Shown here: positions 1 through 11,640 of the stretch, in pieces
Numbering within the stretch: position 1 is the stretch's first letter
How the letters are laid out: the number at the start of each line of letters is the position of its first letter
Assembly: GCA_963841435.1 (NCBI GenBank)
Contig: CAWJCS010000005.1
Coordinates: 1,440,001-1,504,000, forward strand
Length of the DNA: 64,000 bases
Direction of reading: 5' to 3'
Origin: an uncultured delta proteobacterium
Lineage (GTDB): Bacteria; Myxococcota_A; Polyangia; Polyangiales; Polyangiaceae
Made by a program: the position numbers and the translations under genes
Notes under the pieces: generated by a model
What the model saw: only the letters and a program-made list of their open reading frames with translations
Databases searched by the model: none
Told to the model about the DNA's origin: nothing

Positions 1-203
1 GGGAAGCGCCCCTCGGCATATTCGTGAATCAGGCCGTAGTGGAGGCGTTCGTCCGTGTAATGAAGAACCTGCAGGGGCTCGCCGCGCGACCACGTGTAAA
101 AGAAGATCGGCAGGAGGACCGCGGCGACCGCGGCGGCAAAGAGCAGGGTCTCGCGCTCCGGCCAAAGCGACGCTTCTACCCGCGGCGTAACGAGCGCGCT
201 CAT
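1..203 (-). CDS. Membrane protein, possibly GT-C-type glycosyltransferase (5' part; runs off left edge)
   Basis: Read manually: ATG at 203, MSALVTPRVEASLWPERETLLFAAAVAAVLLPIFFYTWSRGEPLQVLHYTDERLHYGLIHEY. One TM helix then a DE motif; divergent from the rml genes. Confidence 0.5.
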   Translation of the reverse strand, partial: MSALVTPRVEASLWPERETLLFAAAVAAVLLPIFFYTWSRGEPLQVLHYTDERLHYGLIHEYAEGRF

Positions 204-286
204 GCTCGGGAGGTTACTCGTCTCGGAGCGAAACGAAGAGCCTTGCGGTCGAGCGGTAACCCGCCTACGAGGTGGCTTTACGCGTC

Positions 287-1156
287 ATGAAGGGCATCAT
301 CCTCGCTGGCGGGAGCGGCACTCGCCTCTATCCCTTGACCCGGGTCGTGTCGAAGCAGCTTCTGCCCGTCTACGACAAGCCCATGATTTACTACCCACTC
401 TCGGTGCTTCTGCTCGCCGGGATCCGGGACATCCTCGTGATCTCGACGCCCACCGATCTGCCGCTCTTCCAGCGGCTGCTCGGCAGCGGTGCCGACCTCG
501 GCGTGAGCTTCAGCTACGCCGAGCAACCCCAGCCCAACGGGCTCGCGGAGGCGTTCATCATCGGGCGATCGTTCGTCGGGTCGAGCCCGGCAAGCTTGAT
601 CCTCGGCGACAACATCTTCCACGGCGCGGGCCTCTCGTTGCTCTTGCGCGAGGCGCGCGCCGCCATCGACGGTTGCGTGCTCTTCGGATACCGCGTGGAC
701 GATCCCGAGCGCTACGGCGTTGCCGAGCTCGACGCGAAGGGCAACGTCCTCACGATCGAGGAGAAGCCGAAGCAGCCGAAATCCGAGATCGCCGTCACTG
801 GCCTCTATTTTTACGACAACGACGTGTGCGATATCGCGCGTACCCTCAAGCCTTCGGCACGGGGCGAGCTCGAGATCACCGATCTGAACAACGTGTACAT
901 CGCGCGGGGCAAGGCGAAGCTCCGCGTCATGGCCCGCGGCATGACCTGGCTCGACACCGGCACGCCGGCGAGCCTGCTCGAAGCCGCGCAGTTCGTGCAC
1001 GTGCTCGAAGCGCGGCAGGGAACGCACATCGCGTGCCTCGAGGAGATCGCCTACCGGATGGGCTTCATCGACGCGGCCGGCCTCGAACGGGTCGCCACCA
1101 CGCACGGCAAGAGCCAGTACGGCGCCTACCTCCGCTCGCTGCTGCCACGGAGCTGA
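287..1156 (+). CDS. rmlA: Glucose-1-phosphate thymidylyltransferase
   Basis: [43 protein letters not shown] motifs. Confidence 0.97.
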   Translation: MKGIILAGGSGTRLYPLTRVVSKQLLPVYDKPMIYYPLSVLLLAGIRDILVISTPTDLPLFQRLLGSGADLGVSFSYAEQPQPNGLAEAFIIGRSFVGSSPASLILGDNIFHGAGLSLLLREARAAIDGCVLFGYRVDDPERYGVAELDAKGNVLTIEEKPKQPKSEIAVTGLYFYDNDVCDIARTLKPSARGELEITDLNNVYIARGKAKLRVMARGMTWLDTGTPASLLEAAQFVHVLEARQGTHIACLEEIAYRMGFIDAAGLERVATTHGKSQYGAYLRSLLPRS

Positions 1157-1166
1157 AGGGCGCCCC

Positions 1167-1724
1167 ATGCAGGTCGAAGCGCTGTCCTTGCCCGGGCTCG
1201 TCCTGATCCGTCCGCGCGTCTTCCGCGACGAACGAGGTTTCTTCCTGGAGAGCTACCACGCGCCTCGCTTTCACGCGGCGGGCATCGATTGCCAGTTCGT
1301 ACAGGACAACCATTCCCGCTCCGTGAAGGATACGCTGCGCGGCCTCCACTACCAGTCGTCGCCGGGGCAAGCGAAGCTCATGCGCGTGGCGAGCGGTCGC
1401 ATCTTCGACGTCGGCGTGGACATCCGCCCCGGCTCACCCACCTTCGGCAAGTGGGAGGGCGTGTACCTCGACGCCGAGGAGCACGCCCAGCTCTTCGTGC
1501 CCGTCGGTTTCGCACATGGATTTTGCGTCGTGAGCGACACCGCCAACGTCACCTACAAGGTGAGCAGCGTGTACGAGGCAACCACCGAGTGCACCCTGAG
1601 CTGGGACGACCCGGACATCGGCGTGCGCTGGCCGACGGCCACCCCGCTGCTTTCCGCACGTGATCAGCGGGGCGAGAGCTTTCGCGACTATGCCGCCCGA
1701 ATGGGGAGCCCCCTCGATGCGTAA
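1167..1724 (+). CDS. rmlC: dTDP-4-dehydrorhamnose 3,5-epimerase
   Basis: DERGFFLE, QDNHSRS, LRGLHYQ, GFAHGF motifs. Confidence 0.96.
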   Translation: MQVEALSLPGLVLIRPRVFRDERGFFLESYHAPRFHAAGIDCQFVQDNHSRSVKDTLRGLHYQSSPGQAKLMRVASGRIFDVGVDIRPGSPTFGKWEGVYLDAEEHAQLFVPVGFAHGFCVVSDTANVTYKVSSVYEATTECTLSWDDPDIGVRWPTATPLLSARDQRGESFRDYAARMGSPLDA

Positions 1725-2766
1725 CCCGAAATCCCTCCTCGTTACCGGCGGCTGCGGCTTCATCGGCTCGGCGTTCGTGCGCCAGCTGTTCGGCGCGCTC
1801 GGCTTCGCGGGCCGCGTCGTGAACCTCGACCTTTTGACGTACGCCGGCAATCCCGACAACGTGAGCGGCGCCGTCAACCCCGCGCGCTACTTCTTCCAAA
1901 AGGGCGACATTGCGGACCAGGATCTCGTGGTCAAGCTCATCGAGGACCACGGCATCGACACCATCGTGAACTTCGCCGCCGAGTCCCACGTGGACCGCAG
2001 CATCGTCGCGCCGGGCTCGTTCATCGAGACCAACGTGGTCGGCACTTTCAAGCTGCTCGAGGCGGTGCGCAAGCAGCCGCAGGTCCACTTCCACCATGTC
2101 TCGACCGACGAGGTGTACGGCTCACTCGGCGCCACGGGCGCCTTCCGCGAAGACACGCCGTATCACCCGAACTCCCCCTATTCCGCCTCGAAGGCGGCAT
2201 CCGACCATCTCGTGCTCGCCTACGCCCACACCTACGGGCTCTCGGTCACGATCTCGAACTCTAGCAACAACTACGGCCCGTTCCAGTTCCCGGAAAAGCT
2301 CGTTCCGCTGATGATTTTGAAGCTTTTCGCGGGTGAGTCGCTGCCCGTGTACGGGGACGGGATGAACGTGCGCGACTGGCTCTACGTCGACGACCACGTG
2401 GAGGCGATCTGGACCATCCTCTGCCGCGGCCGTTCGAGCGAGACGTACAACGTCGGAGGCGAAGGCGAGCGCACGAACCTCGACGTGATTCGCGAGCTCA
2501 TCGACGTGGTGTCGCGGGAGACCGGCAAGCCGCGCGACGAATTCCAGAAGCTCGTCACCTTCGTGAAGGATCGGCCGGGCCACGACCAGCGCTACGCCAT
2601 CGACTTTTCGAAGCTCGAGAGCGAGCTCGGCTGGACGCCGCGCCATGACCTGGCCGCGGGGCTCGCGAGCACGGTGAGCTGGTACCGCGAGAACACCACC
2701 TGGCTCGAGCGCGTGCAGACCGGCGCCTATCGCGAGTGGCTGGCCAAGAACTACGACGGGCGCTGA
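1717..2766 (+). CDS. rmlB: dTDP-glucose 4,6-dehydratase
   Basis: VTGGCGFIGS, AAESHVDRSI, STDEVYG, PYSASKA, DRPGHDQRY. Confidence 0.96.
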   Translation: MRNPKSLLVTGGCGFIGSAFVRQLFGALGFAGRVVNLDLLTYAGNPDNVSGAVNPARYFFQKGDIADQDLVVKLIEDHGIDTIVNFAAESHVDRSIVAPGSFIETNVVGTFKLLEAVRKQPQVHFHHVSTDEVYGSLGATGAFREDTPYHPNSPYSASKAASDHLVLAYAHTYGLSVTISNSSNNYGPFQFPEKLVPLMILKLFAGESLPVYGDGMNVRDWLYVDDHVEAIWTILCRGRSSETYNVGGEGERTNLDVIRELIDVVSRETGKPRDEFQKLVTFVKDRPGHDQRYAIDFSKLESELGWTPRHDLAAGLASTVSWYRENTTWLERVQTGAYREWLAKNYDGR

Positions 2767-2813
2767 GCGCGCGAGCCGGGCACCAGAGGACTGCGCGCCC
2801 GGAGGGTGCGCCC

Positions 2814-4625
<1,812 letters not shown>

Positions 4626-4640
<15 letters not shown>

Positions 4641-4686
4641 ACAGTTCGATCAGATTGTGCAAGGCGTCAAGGATCAAACTGTGCAA
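4626..4686. promoter_or_regulatory. Three direct repeats GATCA(A/G)A(C/T)TGTGCAA, probable enhancer (UAS) sites
   Basis: 15-mers at 4626-4640, 4648-4662 and 4672-4686 in an AT-richer region between the activator and the divergent small gene. Confidence 0.65.
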
Positions 4687-4791
4687 CCCGTGCCAGTCCT
4701 CGTTGACCGTATTTCCAGGTTCCTAGATAAACTCATTGGAATCAACGCCCTGCTGGAATTAGGCCGGCCAGTCGTATGCCACTAACCCACG

Positions 4792-4807
4792 TGGTATGGA
4801 ACCTGCT
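4792..4807 (+). promoter_or_regulatory. Sigma54 -24/-12 promoter
   Basis: TGGTATGGAACCTGCT has GG-N10-GC spacing, about 65 bp upstream of ATG 4872. IHF-like AATCAACGCCCTG at 4740-4752. Confidence 0.65.
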
Positions 4808-4871
4808 ACTCAACGTCGCGTGCCGCCCAGAGGCACAGATTCGAAAGATTCGAAAGGAAGAGCGAGAAGCG

Positions 4872-5111
4872 ATGCAGGCAGTTAAGGGCATGGTTCAAGT
4901 CGATGGCGTCACCTACCGGATCGTCCGGGTGGGAGCGGCCCGCTACGACGTGATCCGCGTCCTGGACGACGCCCGAGTGGGCTCGTTCCAGAGCGCGCCG
5001 ACTTTCGAGCTGAAGGCCGAGCGGATCGAGGAACCGACGCTGCGCGAGGTCGCGCGAACCGCCATCCAGCGCGCCAAGACGAGCTGGGTCGGCCGGCTCG
5101 TGCTCGCTTGA
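4872..5111 (+). CDS. Small hypothetical protein (79 aa)
   Basis: MQAVKGMVQVDGVTYRIVRVG...; purine-rich leader, codon usage like neighbouring genes. Confidence 0.75.
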   Translation: MQAVKGMVQVDGVTYRIVRVGAARYDVIRVLDDARVGSFQSAPTFELKAERIEEPTLREVARTAIQRAKTSWVGRLVLA

Positions 5112-5120
5112 GACGGCGGG

Positions 5121-5141
5121 CCCTCGGGGTTCCGCCGAGGC
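5121..5141. terminator. GC hairpin between convergent genes
   Basis: CCCTCGG-ggttccg-CCGAGGG. Confidence 0.4.
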
Positions 5142-5195
5142 TGTTCGGGGGAGCGCGGCTCTGCCGCGCTGGGGCGAAAAGGTTTGCCCCGTGGA

Positions 5196-6305
5196 TCAAC
5201 GCGGCGTGAGCGTGGCGACGCGCTCGGCAAGCGCGAGCGCCGCCGTGAGTCCCGGCGACTCGATGCCATAGAGCGCCACGAGGCCGGGAACGCCGTGCGC
5301 GTCGGGGCCCTCGATGACGAAATCCTGCACGGGGCTCCCCGCCGGTCCGAGCTTCGCCCGGATGCCCGTGTACCCGGGCTCGAGCTGGCCGTCGCGGAGC
5401 GCCGGGTAGTACCGGCGAATGCTGTCGTAGAACGCGGGCGCGCGCGCTTCGTCGAACGCGTAGTCAACCGCGTCGACCCACGACACATCTGGGCCGAAGC
5501 GCGCGACGTTTGCGAGATCCAGTGTCACGTGCACGCCGAGGCCTCCCGAAACGGGGACGGGGTAGACCAGATGCCGAAACGGTGAGCGTCCGCCGAGCAC
5601 GAAGTAGTGGCCTTTGGCGTAGTGGGCTATCGGCACGCCCGCGTCGTCGCCCGCGATCGAGCGCGAAACACCGGGCGCGAACAGACCGGCCGCGTTGACC
5701 ACCGCGCGGCAGCGAACCTCCACCGGATCCACGCCGCCGAGTGACAAGCACAGACCCGCTCGGTCGGGCGTGCCCCCGAGGACGGGCGTCGAAAGCAGCA
5801 CGTGCGCGCCCGCCTCGACGGCCTCGCGCCGCAATGACTGCATGAACGCGTCGCTATCGACGATGCCCGTAGAGGGCGACAGAAAGCCGCGCACCGCGGC
5901 GACCTCCGGCTCGAGCGCCCGCACCTCGGCGGCGTCGAGCCACGTCAGGTCGTCGACGCCGTTCGCGCGCGCCTGCACGACGATACGCTCGAGCGTGGGG
6001 ATCTCTTCGTCCCGGGCCGCCACCACCAGCTTGCCGACGCGGCGATGCGGGACGCCGTGCTCCCTGGCGTACTCGTAGAGCGCTCGGCGACCGGCGACGC
6101 AAAGCTCCGCCTTGAGCGAGCCGGTCGGATAGTAGAGGCCCGCGTGGATCACCTCCGAGTTGCGCGAGCTCGCGTGCGCACCGACCACGGGCTCGCGTTC
6201 CACCACGACGACCTCGCGGCCGCCCCGCGCGAGCGCGCGAGCGACGGCGAGCCCGACGACCCCGGCGCCGACGACCACGGCGTCGAGCTCGAGCTCAGGG
6301 TGCAT
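5196..6305 (-). CDS. FAD-dependent oxidoreductase, L-2-hydroxyglutarate oxidase (LhgO) family
   Basis: VVGAGVVGLA, SSRNSEVIHAGLYY, GIESPGLTA. Confidence 0.9.
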   Translation of the reverse strand: MHPELELDAVVVGAGVVGLAVARALARGGREVVVVEREPVVGAHASSRNSEVIHAGLYYPTGSLKAELCVAGRRALYEYAREHGVPHRRVGKLVVAARDEEIPTLERIVVQARANGVDDLTWLDAAEVRALEPEVAAVRGFLSPSTGIVDSDAFMQSLRREAVEAGAHVLLSTPVLGGTPDRAGLCLSLGGVDPVEVRCRAVVNAAGLFAPGVSRSIAGDDAGVPIAHYAKGHYFVLGGRSPFRHLVYPVPVSGGLGVHVTLDLANVARFGPDVSWVDAVDYAFDEARAPAFYDSIRRYYPALRDGQLEPGYTGIRAKLGPAGSPVQDFVIEGPDAHGVPGLVALYGIESPGLTAALALAERVATLTPR

Positions 6306-6323
6306 GGCGCCCTCGCCCGGCGG

Positions 6324-6636
6324 TCATTCGAACGAGCACAGGTACTCGGTGATCCCTTCGGCAACCTCGATATCGAATCCCGAGCTCGGCGGGACGTTCG
6401 AACGAGGCCCCCTGCGGAACCTCGCGCCACGTATCACTGCCAGAAAGCCGCACGCGACACCTTCCGGCAACGATCTGCATGCGCTCCGCGCGGTCGGTAT
6501 CGAAGTGGAAGGAGCCCGGGTAGATGAGCCCGAGCGTCTTTCGCTGGCCGTCCGAAAGGAGCAGCGTGTGGGAGACCACCTTACCTTCGAAGTAGACGTT
6601 GGCCTTGGCGAGGGCGGTAACGTTCTCGAGCTTCAT
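6324..6636 (-). CDS. ppnP: Pyrimidine/purine nucleoside phosphorylase, interrupted by a +1 frameshift at about 6397
   Basis: KANVYFEGKVVSH, KTLGLIYPG, ERMQIVAG. Removing one base restores FDVPPSSGFDIEVAEGITEYLCSFE*. Confidence 0.88.
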
Positions 6637-6726
6637 GAAGGGCGTGCTACTCGCGGGTATGCCGAAAGACAAGACCGAGGCGGCGGCTCGATATTTGTTC
6701 GGCCCTGTGCCATAGTCGATGAAGTA

Positions 6727-7677
6727 ATGACGGGTGGCCGCAAGCGTTACCGCGTGCTGATGGTCGAGGACAGCCGCGTCAGCCTCGAGGTATACGCGCA
6801 GCGTCTCGAGCGTCGGGGCTACATCGTGGCCACGGCAATTTCGGCGGAAGAGGCACGTGCGGAGCTCGAGAACGGCATCCCTGATCTCGTGCTGCTCGAC
6901 GTCTTCATGCCGAAGGTGAGTGGGTTCGACTTCTTGCGTGAGCTGCGCAGCGCCCCTCGCACCGCCACGGTCCCCATCATCCTCATTTCGGCGCTCTCGG
7001 ACACTCAGCACATCGTCGAAGGGCTCGAGCTCGGCGCAAACGACTACGTCACGAAGCCGATCGTCATGCCCATCCTTACGGCGCGCATGGAAGCGCTCCT
7101 GCGCGCGAGTGAGCTCGTGCGGCGCCTCGAGGTGCAGACCGAGCTCCTGTCGAAGCTCGCGGCGTTCGACGACCTCACGGGGGTCTACAACCGCCGCTCG
7201 ATGTTCCACCACCTCGAGGCCGAGCTCAGCCGCTGCCGGCGCTACGGGCGAAGCCTCGCCGTCTTGATGGTGGATATCGATCATTTCAAGAAGGTCAACG
7301 ATCAGCACGGGCACCTGATTGGTGATCAGGCACTGCGTTGGGTGGCCACGACGCTGCAGAACGAGCTTCGTTCGATGGACTTCCTGTGTCGCTACGGCGG
7401 CGAGGAATTCTGCGCCATCCTGCCGGAGACCAATCAACCGGGAGCGGCGCGTGCCGCCGAGCGGTTGCGCGCCTCACTCGATCGGCAAGCGTTCGCGACC
7501 GATGACGTGAGCCTCGGCATCACGGTGTCGGTAGGCGGCGCGAGCTGGACGCCGATTGCCAAGGAAGAGGTCCCAGACCTTCTCGCGCGCGCCGACCGCG
7601 CCCTTCTGGACGCCAAGCGCTCCGGAAGGAACCGGGTACAGATCGCCAACGACGAGCAGACGATCTCCGCGAGCTGA
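6727..7677 (+). CDS. Response regulator-diguanylate cyclase (REC + GGEEF)
   Basis: Receiver PDLVLLDVFMP and YVTKP; DDLTGVYNRR, DIDHFKKVND, RSMD I-site, RYGGEEF. Confidence 0.93.
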   Translation: MTGGRKRYRVLMVEDSRVSLEVYAQRLERRGYIVATAISAEEARAELENGIPDLVLLDVFMPKVSGFDFLRELRSAPRTATVPIILISALSDTQHIVEGLELGANDYVTKPIVMPILTARMEALLRASELVRRLEVQTELLSKLAAFDDLTGVYNRRSMFHHLEAELSRCRRYGRSLAVLMVDIDHFKKVNDQHGHLIGDQALRWVATTLQNELRSMDFLCRYGGEEFCAILPETNQPGAARAAERLRASLDRQAFATDDVSLGITVSVGGASWTPIAKEEVPDLLARADRALLDAKRSGRNRVQIANDEQTISAS

Positions 7678-7681
7678 GGCT

Positions 7682-8872
7682 TCAGCGGCTCTGGTCGGTC
7701 GGCTCGACGCACTCGACGAGGTCGAGTCCGTAGCCGTGTAGGGCGGGGATGCGCCTGGGATGGCTCGTGAGCAGGCGGATCTGCCGCACGCCGAGCTCGC
7801 GGAGCACCTGGGCGCCGAGCCCGTATTCGCGCAGCGTGCCACCGCGAGGGCGACCCGTGGCCTCGGCGGCCGTCACCGAAAACGGCGCGGCATCATCGGG
7901 CGTGACGAGCTCCTGGCCCGGCGCGTCGTCGGGCGGCAGGTAGACGACGACACCGACGCCGTCTCGCTCGATGGCGTCGAGGGACGCTTCGAGCATGCGA
8001 CCGCCGGCGCCGAGCGAGGAGCTGAACACGTCCGCGAGCAGCGAGCCGCGGTGCATGCGGCACAGAGTGGGCCGAGCCGGCGAGGGGCTCCCCTTGACGA
8101 AGGCCATGAGCCGCCGCCCGTCGAGCTCCGACTCGAAAAGCAGTGCGCGCCAGGGCGTGCCCGTGTGATCGAGCACCATTTCTCGCTCGCCGAGGAGGCG
8201 CACCAGGCGCTCGGTCTGGAGGCGATGGGCGATGAGGTCGGCGACGGTGAGGATGCGCAGACCGTGGCGTTCGGCGAACGCCTCGAGATCGGGAAGGCGC
8301 GCCATTTCGCCGTCATCACGGATGATCTCGCAGATGACGCCAGCGGGATTGAGACCGGACAGACGGGCGAGATCGACGGACCCTTCGGTCTGGCCGGCGC
8401 GCACGAGCACGCCGCCGCGGCGCGCCTGAAGCGGGAACACGTGGCCGGGAACCACGAGGTCCTCGGGGCGCGCCGCGGGGTTGGCGGCCACGCGGATGGT
8501 GTGAGCACGGTCGGCCGCGCTGATGCCCGTCGTGACGCCTTCGCGCGCCTCGATGCTCACCGTGAAGGCCGTGCCGAGCCGCGGACCGTGGCGCCCGGGC
8601 GCCCCCATCATCGGCAGATCGAGACGCTTGACCTGCTCTTCGGTGAGCGTGAGGCACACGAGCCCCCGCCCGTGTACCACCATGAAGTTGACGGCCTCCG
8701 GTGTCACCAAATCCGCAGCGAGACACAGATCGCCCTCGTTCTCGCGATCCTCGTCGTCGACGAGGATGACGAGCTTGCCGGCGCGCACGTCGGCAAGTGC
8801 TTCCTCGACGCGCCGCTTCTGCTGCGCGAGGGGCGCGCTGTCGGCGGGGGGCAACGGCACCTGCTCGCTCAC
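7682..8872 (-). CDS. ribB: 3,4-dihydroxy-2-butanone-4-phosphate synthase with degenerate GTP cyclohydrolase II domain
   Basis: DDEDRENEGD, TAFTVSIEA, TGISAADRA, PGHVFPL. The C-terminal RibA-like part lacks the Zn-binding cysteines. Confidence 0.9.
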   Translation of the reverse strand: MSEQVPLPPADSAPLAQQKRRVEEALADVRAGKLVILVDDEDRENEGDLCLAADLVTPEAVNFMVVHGRGLVCLTLTEEQVKRLDLPMMGAPGRHGPRLGTAFTVSIEAREGVTTGISAADRAHTIRVAANPAARPEDLVVPGHVFPLQARRGGVLVRAGQTEGSVDLARLSGLNPAGVICEIIRDDGEMARLPDLEAFAERHGLRILTVADLIAHRLQTERLVRLLGEREMVLDHTGTPWRALLFESELDGRRLMAFVKGSPSPARPTLCRMHRGSLLADVFSSSLGAGGRMLEASLDAIERDGVGVVVYLPPDDAPGQELVTPDDAAPFSVTAAEATGRPRGGTLREYGLGAQVLRELGVRQIRLLTSHPRRIPALHGYGLDLVECVEPTDQSR

Positions 8873-9459
8873 GAAGCCTCCACCTGACGCAGCCGCTCCA
8901 CGTAGCGCGCCACCAGATCGACCTCGAGATTTACATCCATTCCCGACTCGAGGTCGCCGAAGGTCGTCATGGTGAGTGTGTGCGGAATCAGGAGCACGGA
9001 AAATCGAGCGCCGTCCACGGCGTTGACCGTCAGGGAAACCCCGTCGAGCGACACGGAGCCTTTTTCGGCGACGTAGCGCGCGAGGGCGGAGGGACACTCG
9101 AGCGCGACGCGGCGCATCTCACCCAAGTCTTCCATCGACACGACGGTCGCCCGGCCGTCGACGTGACCCGTTACGAGGTGCCCGCCGAGGCGTGAGCCGA
9201 GCGCGGCGGCGCGCTCCAGGTTGACGCGCGCACCGACGGCGAGGCGGCCGAGCGTGGTCCGCTCGAGGGTCTCGGGGGAGAGATCGGCCTCGAACGCGTC
9301 CTCGGTCGGAGTGACGGCGGTGACGCAGGCGCCGTTCACGCTCACCGATTCGCCCTCGACGAGCCCGGTGAAGGGCACTTGCACACATAGACGTACACCC
9401 GCGCCGCGGGGCTTCAGGCCGCGCACGCGGCCCGTGCCTTCCACGAGCCCGGTGAACAT
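8869..9459 (-). CDS. ribE: Riboflavin synthase
   Basis: MFTGLVE start, SVSVNGACVT, VNLERA, GGHLVTGHVDG, KGSVSLDGVSLTVN. Confidence 0.95.
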   Translation of the reverse strand: MFTGLVEGTGRVRGLKPRGAGVRLCVQVPFTGLVEGESVSVNGACVTAVTPTEDAFEADLSPETLERTTLGRLAVGARVNLERAAALGSRLGGHLVTGHVDGRATVVSMEDLGEMRRVALECPSALARYVAEKGSVSLDGVSLTVNAVDGARFSVLLIPHTLTMTTFGDLESGMDVNLEVDLVARYVERLRQVEAS

Positions 9460-9574
9460 GGCCTTATCTGATAGCACGTGGGAAAAACGCCGCTCGTGTG
9501 TCGAAACGGCGCGATGAATTCGTAGCAAAGACGATACTTGCAAGGCGCTCCGTGCGGGTTGACGATGCTCGACA

Positions 9575-10165
9575 ATGCAAGAAAGAGCGGCCCGGCCGCC
9601 GAGCTTGCTGCGACGCGCGCTTTGCGCGGCCGGATGGGCCGTGCTCTCGACAGCGGCGTGCGGGCCCAGCCTGACCACCGTTCACGAGGGGACGATCCGC
9701 TTCGAACATTGCTACCGGCTCGATCTCGAGCCGGGCGCGAACGCGGCGCAAAGGACGGGCTGCTGGAAGCTCTGGCTCGCTTCGTATACCTACGGGCAGC
9801 AGCGCGATCGCATCGACCACGCTCGACAACGCCTGACCGCGCTCTCAGGCGGCGACGTGGCGCACGCCGAGCTCAGGGTCGCGGGCGATCCGAGGCCTGA
9901 GGAACGCCAGTTTTACCTCGTAGTTCCGGGCCCCACGAGCGTGCACGCTACCCCTCCTCCCATCGCCACCGTCCTCAGCCCCAGCGTCGCCGAAACGCGT
10001 GCTGCCGAAGCGGCCGGCCGCAATGCGCCCCCGTCCGAAAGCTGCGCCGGCAGCTGCCGGAGCGCGTGGCGTTCGTGCGACGCCTCGTGCAAAGAGGGCT
10101 CCGCGCTGGGGTGCGACGGCTGCAGAGCCGATTATTCGACCTGCATGCGCGGCTGCTTCGAGTGA
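9575..10165 (+). CDS. Cys-rich hypothetical lipoprotein
   Basis: Lipobox-like TAAC; C-terminal CxxxC repeats; start uncertain. Confidence 0.65.
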   Translation: MQERAARPPSLLRRALCAAGWAVLSTAACGPSLTTVHEGTIRFEHCYRLDLEPGANAAQRTGCWKLWLASYTYGQQRDRIDHARQRLTALSGGDVAHAELRVAGDPRPEERQFYLVVPGPTSVHATPPPIATVLSPSVAETRAAEAAGRNAPPSESCAGSCRSAWRSCDASCKEGSALGCDGCRADYSTCMRGCFE

Positions 10166-10347
10166 CATCGGTCGGGGCCGGCGTGGCCACGGGGACGCAG
10201 CGCCGTGGCCTCATCCCCGCGGGTGACGCCCGGACGGAGGCGTAACTCCAGGATTTTGCTGGATCGCTTGCCCGAGCATGCCGCTTGCTGAATCCCCAAT
10301 TTGTTGACGCCGCCGTCAAGGCAGCGCTACCGAAGGAAGGTCAACGC

Positions 10348-11574
10348 ATGACACCACGGCATCAGGCACTCCGCGCGCTCGGTGCGACCAGCCCGGGCGC
10401 AACGCCGTTGCCTCGCGTTCTCAGGCCGCAGCGGGCCCTGCCCTCCGACGCCGTCCGGCCGACGCGAGCCGAGGTGAACCTGGCGAGCCTGCGCCACAAC
10501 CTCAGGGTCGTGCAGCGGGCCGCACGGGGCCGCCCGGTCTGGGCGGTGCTCAAGGCGGATGGCTACGGGCACGGTGCCAAGGCCGTGGCCAGGACCCTCG
10601 AGCGCGCCGGAGCGAGTGGAATGTGCGTTTCGCTGCTCGAGGAGGGGGTGGAGCTCCGCGAGGCAGGCATCAAGACGCCCATTCTGGTGACCGGCGGCCA
10701 CTATGGTCGTGCCTGGGGCGAGATCCTCCGCCACCGGCTCGTGCCCGTCCTGCACGACCCGGGTCAGGTCGAGGCACTCGCCGACGAGGTGCGCTTCGCC
10801 AGCTCCGAGCCCGTTCTCGTCCACGTGAAGATCGACACGGGCATGAGCCGGCTCGGCGTGAGCCTTGCCGACCTGCCGCGCCTCGCGCGCGCCTTCGAGA
10901 AGCATCCCGAGGTTCGCCTCGACGGGCTCATGACCCACTTTGCCTGCGCCGACTCGGGCGAGCACCCCTCGATTGACGAGCAGCTCGACCGCTTCGACGA
11001 GGCGACGGAAGCGCTGCGCGCCCACGGCCTCGTTCCCAACCTGCGCCACGCGGCGAACAGCGCCGCGCTCCTCTGCTCGGAACGCTCGCTGCTCGACATG
11101 GTCCGCCCCGGGCTCGCGCTGTTCGGCGTCGAGCCGCGCGCTGGCCTCGCAGGCGACCTTCGCCCCGTGATGCGCGTGCGCAGCGAGGTCGTCGCCCTGC
11201 GCGACCTGCCAGTTGGCGCGGGCGTCGGCTACGGTGCAACCTGGGTCACGGCGCGCCCCAGCCGCATCGCGACGGTACCGATCGGCTACGCCGACGGACT
11301 GCCGCGCGCGCTTTCCAACCAGAGCTCGCTGCTCGTGCGCGGCAAACGCGCCCCGATCGTCGGTGCCGTCAGCATGGACATGACCATGATCGACGTGACC
11401 GACCTCGAGGGCGTGCGGCCCGGCGACGAGTGCGTGGCGCTCGGCCCCCAGAAGGGTCCCCTCGGCGAGGACGTCATCAGCGCCACGGAGCTCGCCGAGG
11501 CGCTCGGCACCATCCCCTGGGAGGTGCTGACGAACGTTTCGCGGCGCGTTCCCCGGTTCTACCGCGAGCCCTGA
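10348..11574 (+). CDS. alr: Alanine racemase
   Basis: AVLKADGYGHG (PLP lysine), KIDTGMSRLG, MTHFACAD, IGYADG, SMDMTMID; start uncertain. Confidence 0.95.
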   Translation: MTPRHQALRALGATSPGATPLPRVLRPQRALPSDAVRPTRAEVNLASLRHNLRVVQRAARGRPVWAVLKADGYGHGAKAVARTLERAGASGMCVSLLEEGVELREAGIKTPILVTGGHYGRAWGEILRHRLVPVLHDPGQVEALADEVRFASSEPVLVHVKIDTGMSRLGVSLADLPRLARAFEKHPEVRLDGLMTHFACADSGEHPSIDEQLDRFDEATEALRAHGLVPNLRHAANSAALLCSERSLLDMVRPGLALFGVEPRAGLAGDLRPVMRVRSEVVALRDLPVGAGVGYGATWVTARPSRIATVPIGYADGLPRALSNQSSLLVRGKRAPIVGAVSMDMTMIDVTDLEGVRPGDECVALGPQKGPLGEDVISATELAEALGTIPWEVLTNVSRRVPRFYREP

Positions 11575-11640
11575 GGCGGCGACCCGGCCGAGCGGCGCCC
11601 GGGCCGCTGCCCGCGCGCTTGCTCAGCGTTGCTCAGCACG

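Noticed and set aside
287-2766. Missing rmlD as evidence of a novel sugar pathway
   Set aside because: rmlD is often encoded elsewhere; cannot be judged from this window
6324-6636. Programmed ribosomal frameshift in ppnP
   Set aside because: No slippery heptamer or stimulatory structure seen; the same indel pattern recurs in unrelated genes
6160-6726. N-terminal extension of the diguanylate cyclase
   Set aside because: Overlaps ppnP and the oxidoreductase on the opposite strand; likely start is ATG 6727
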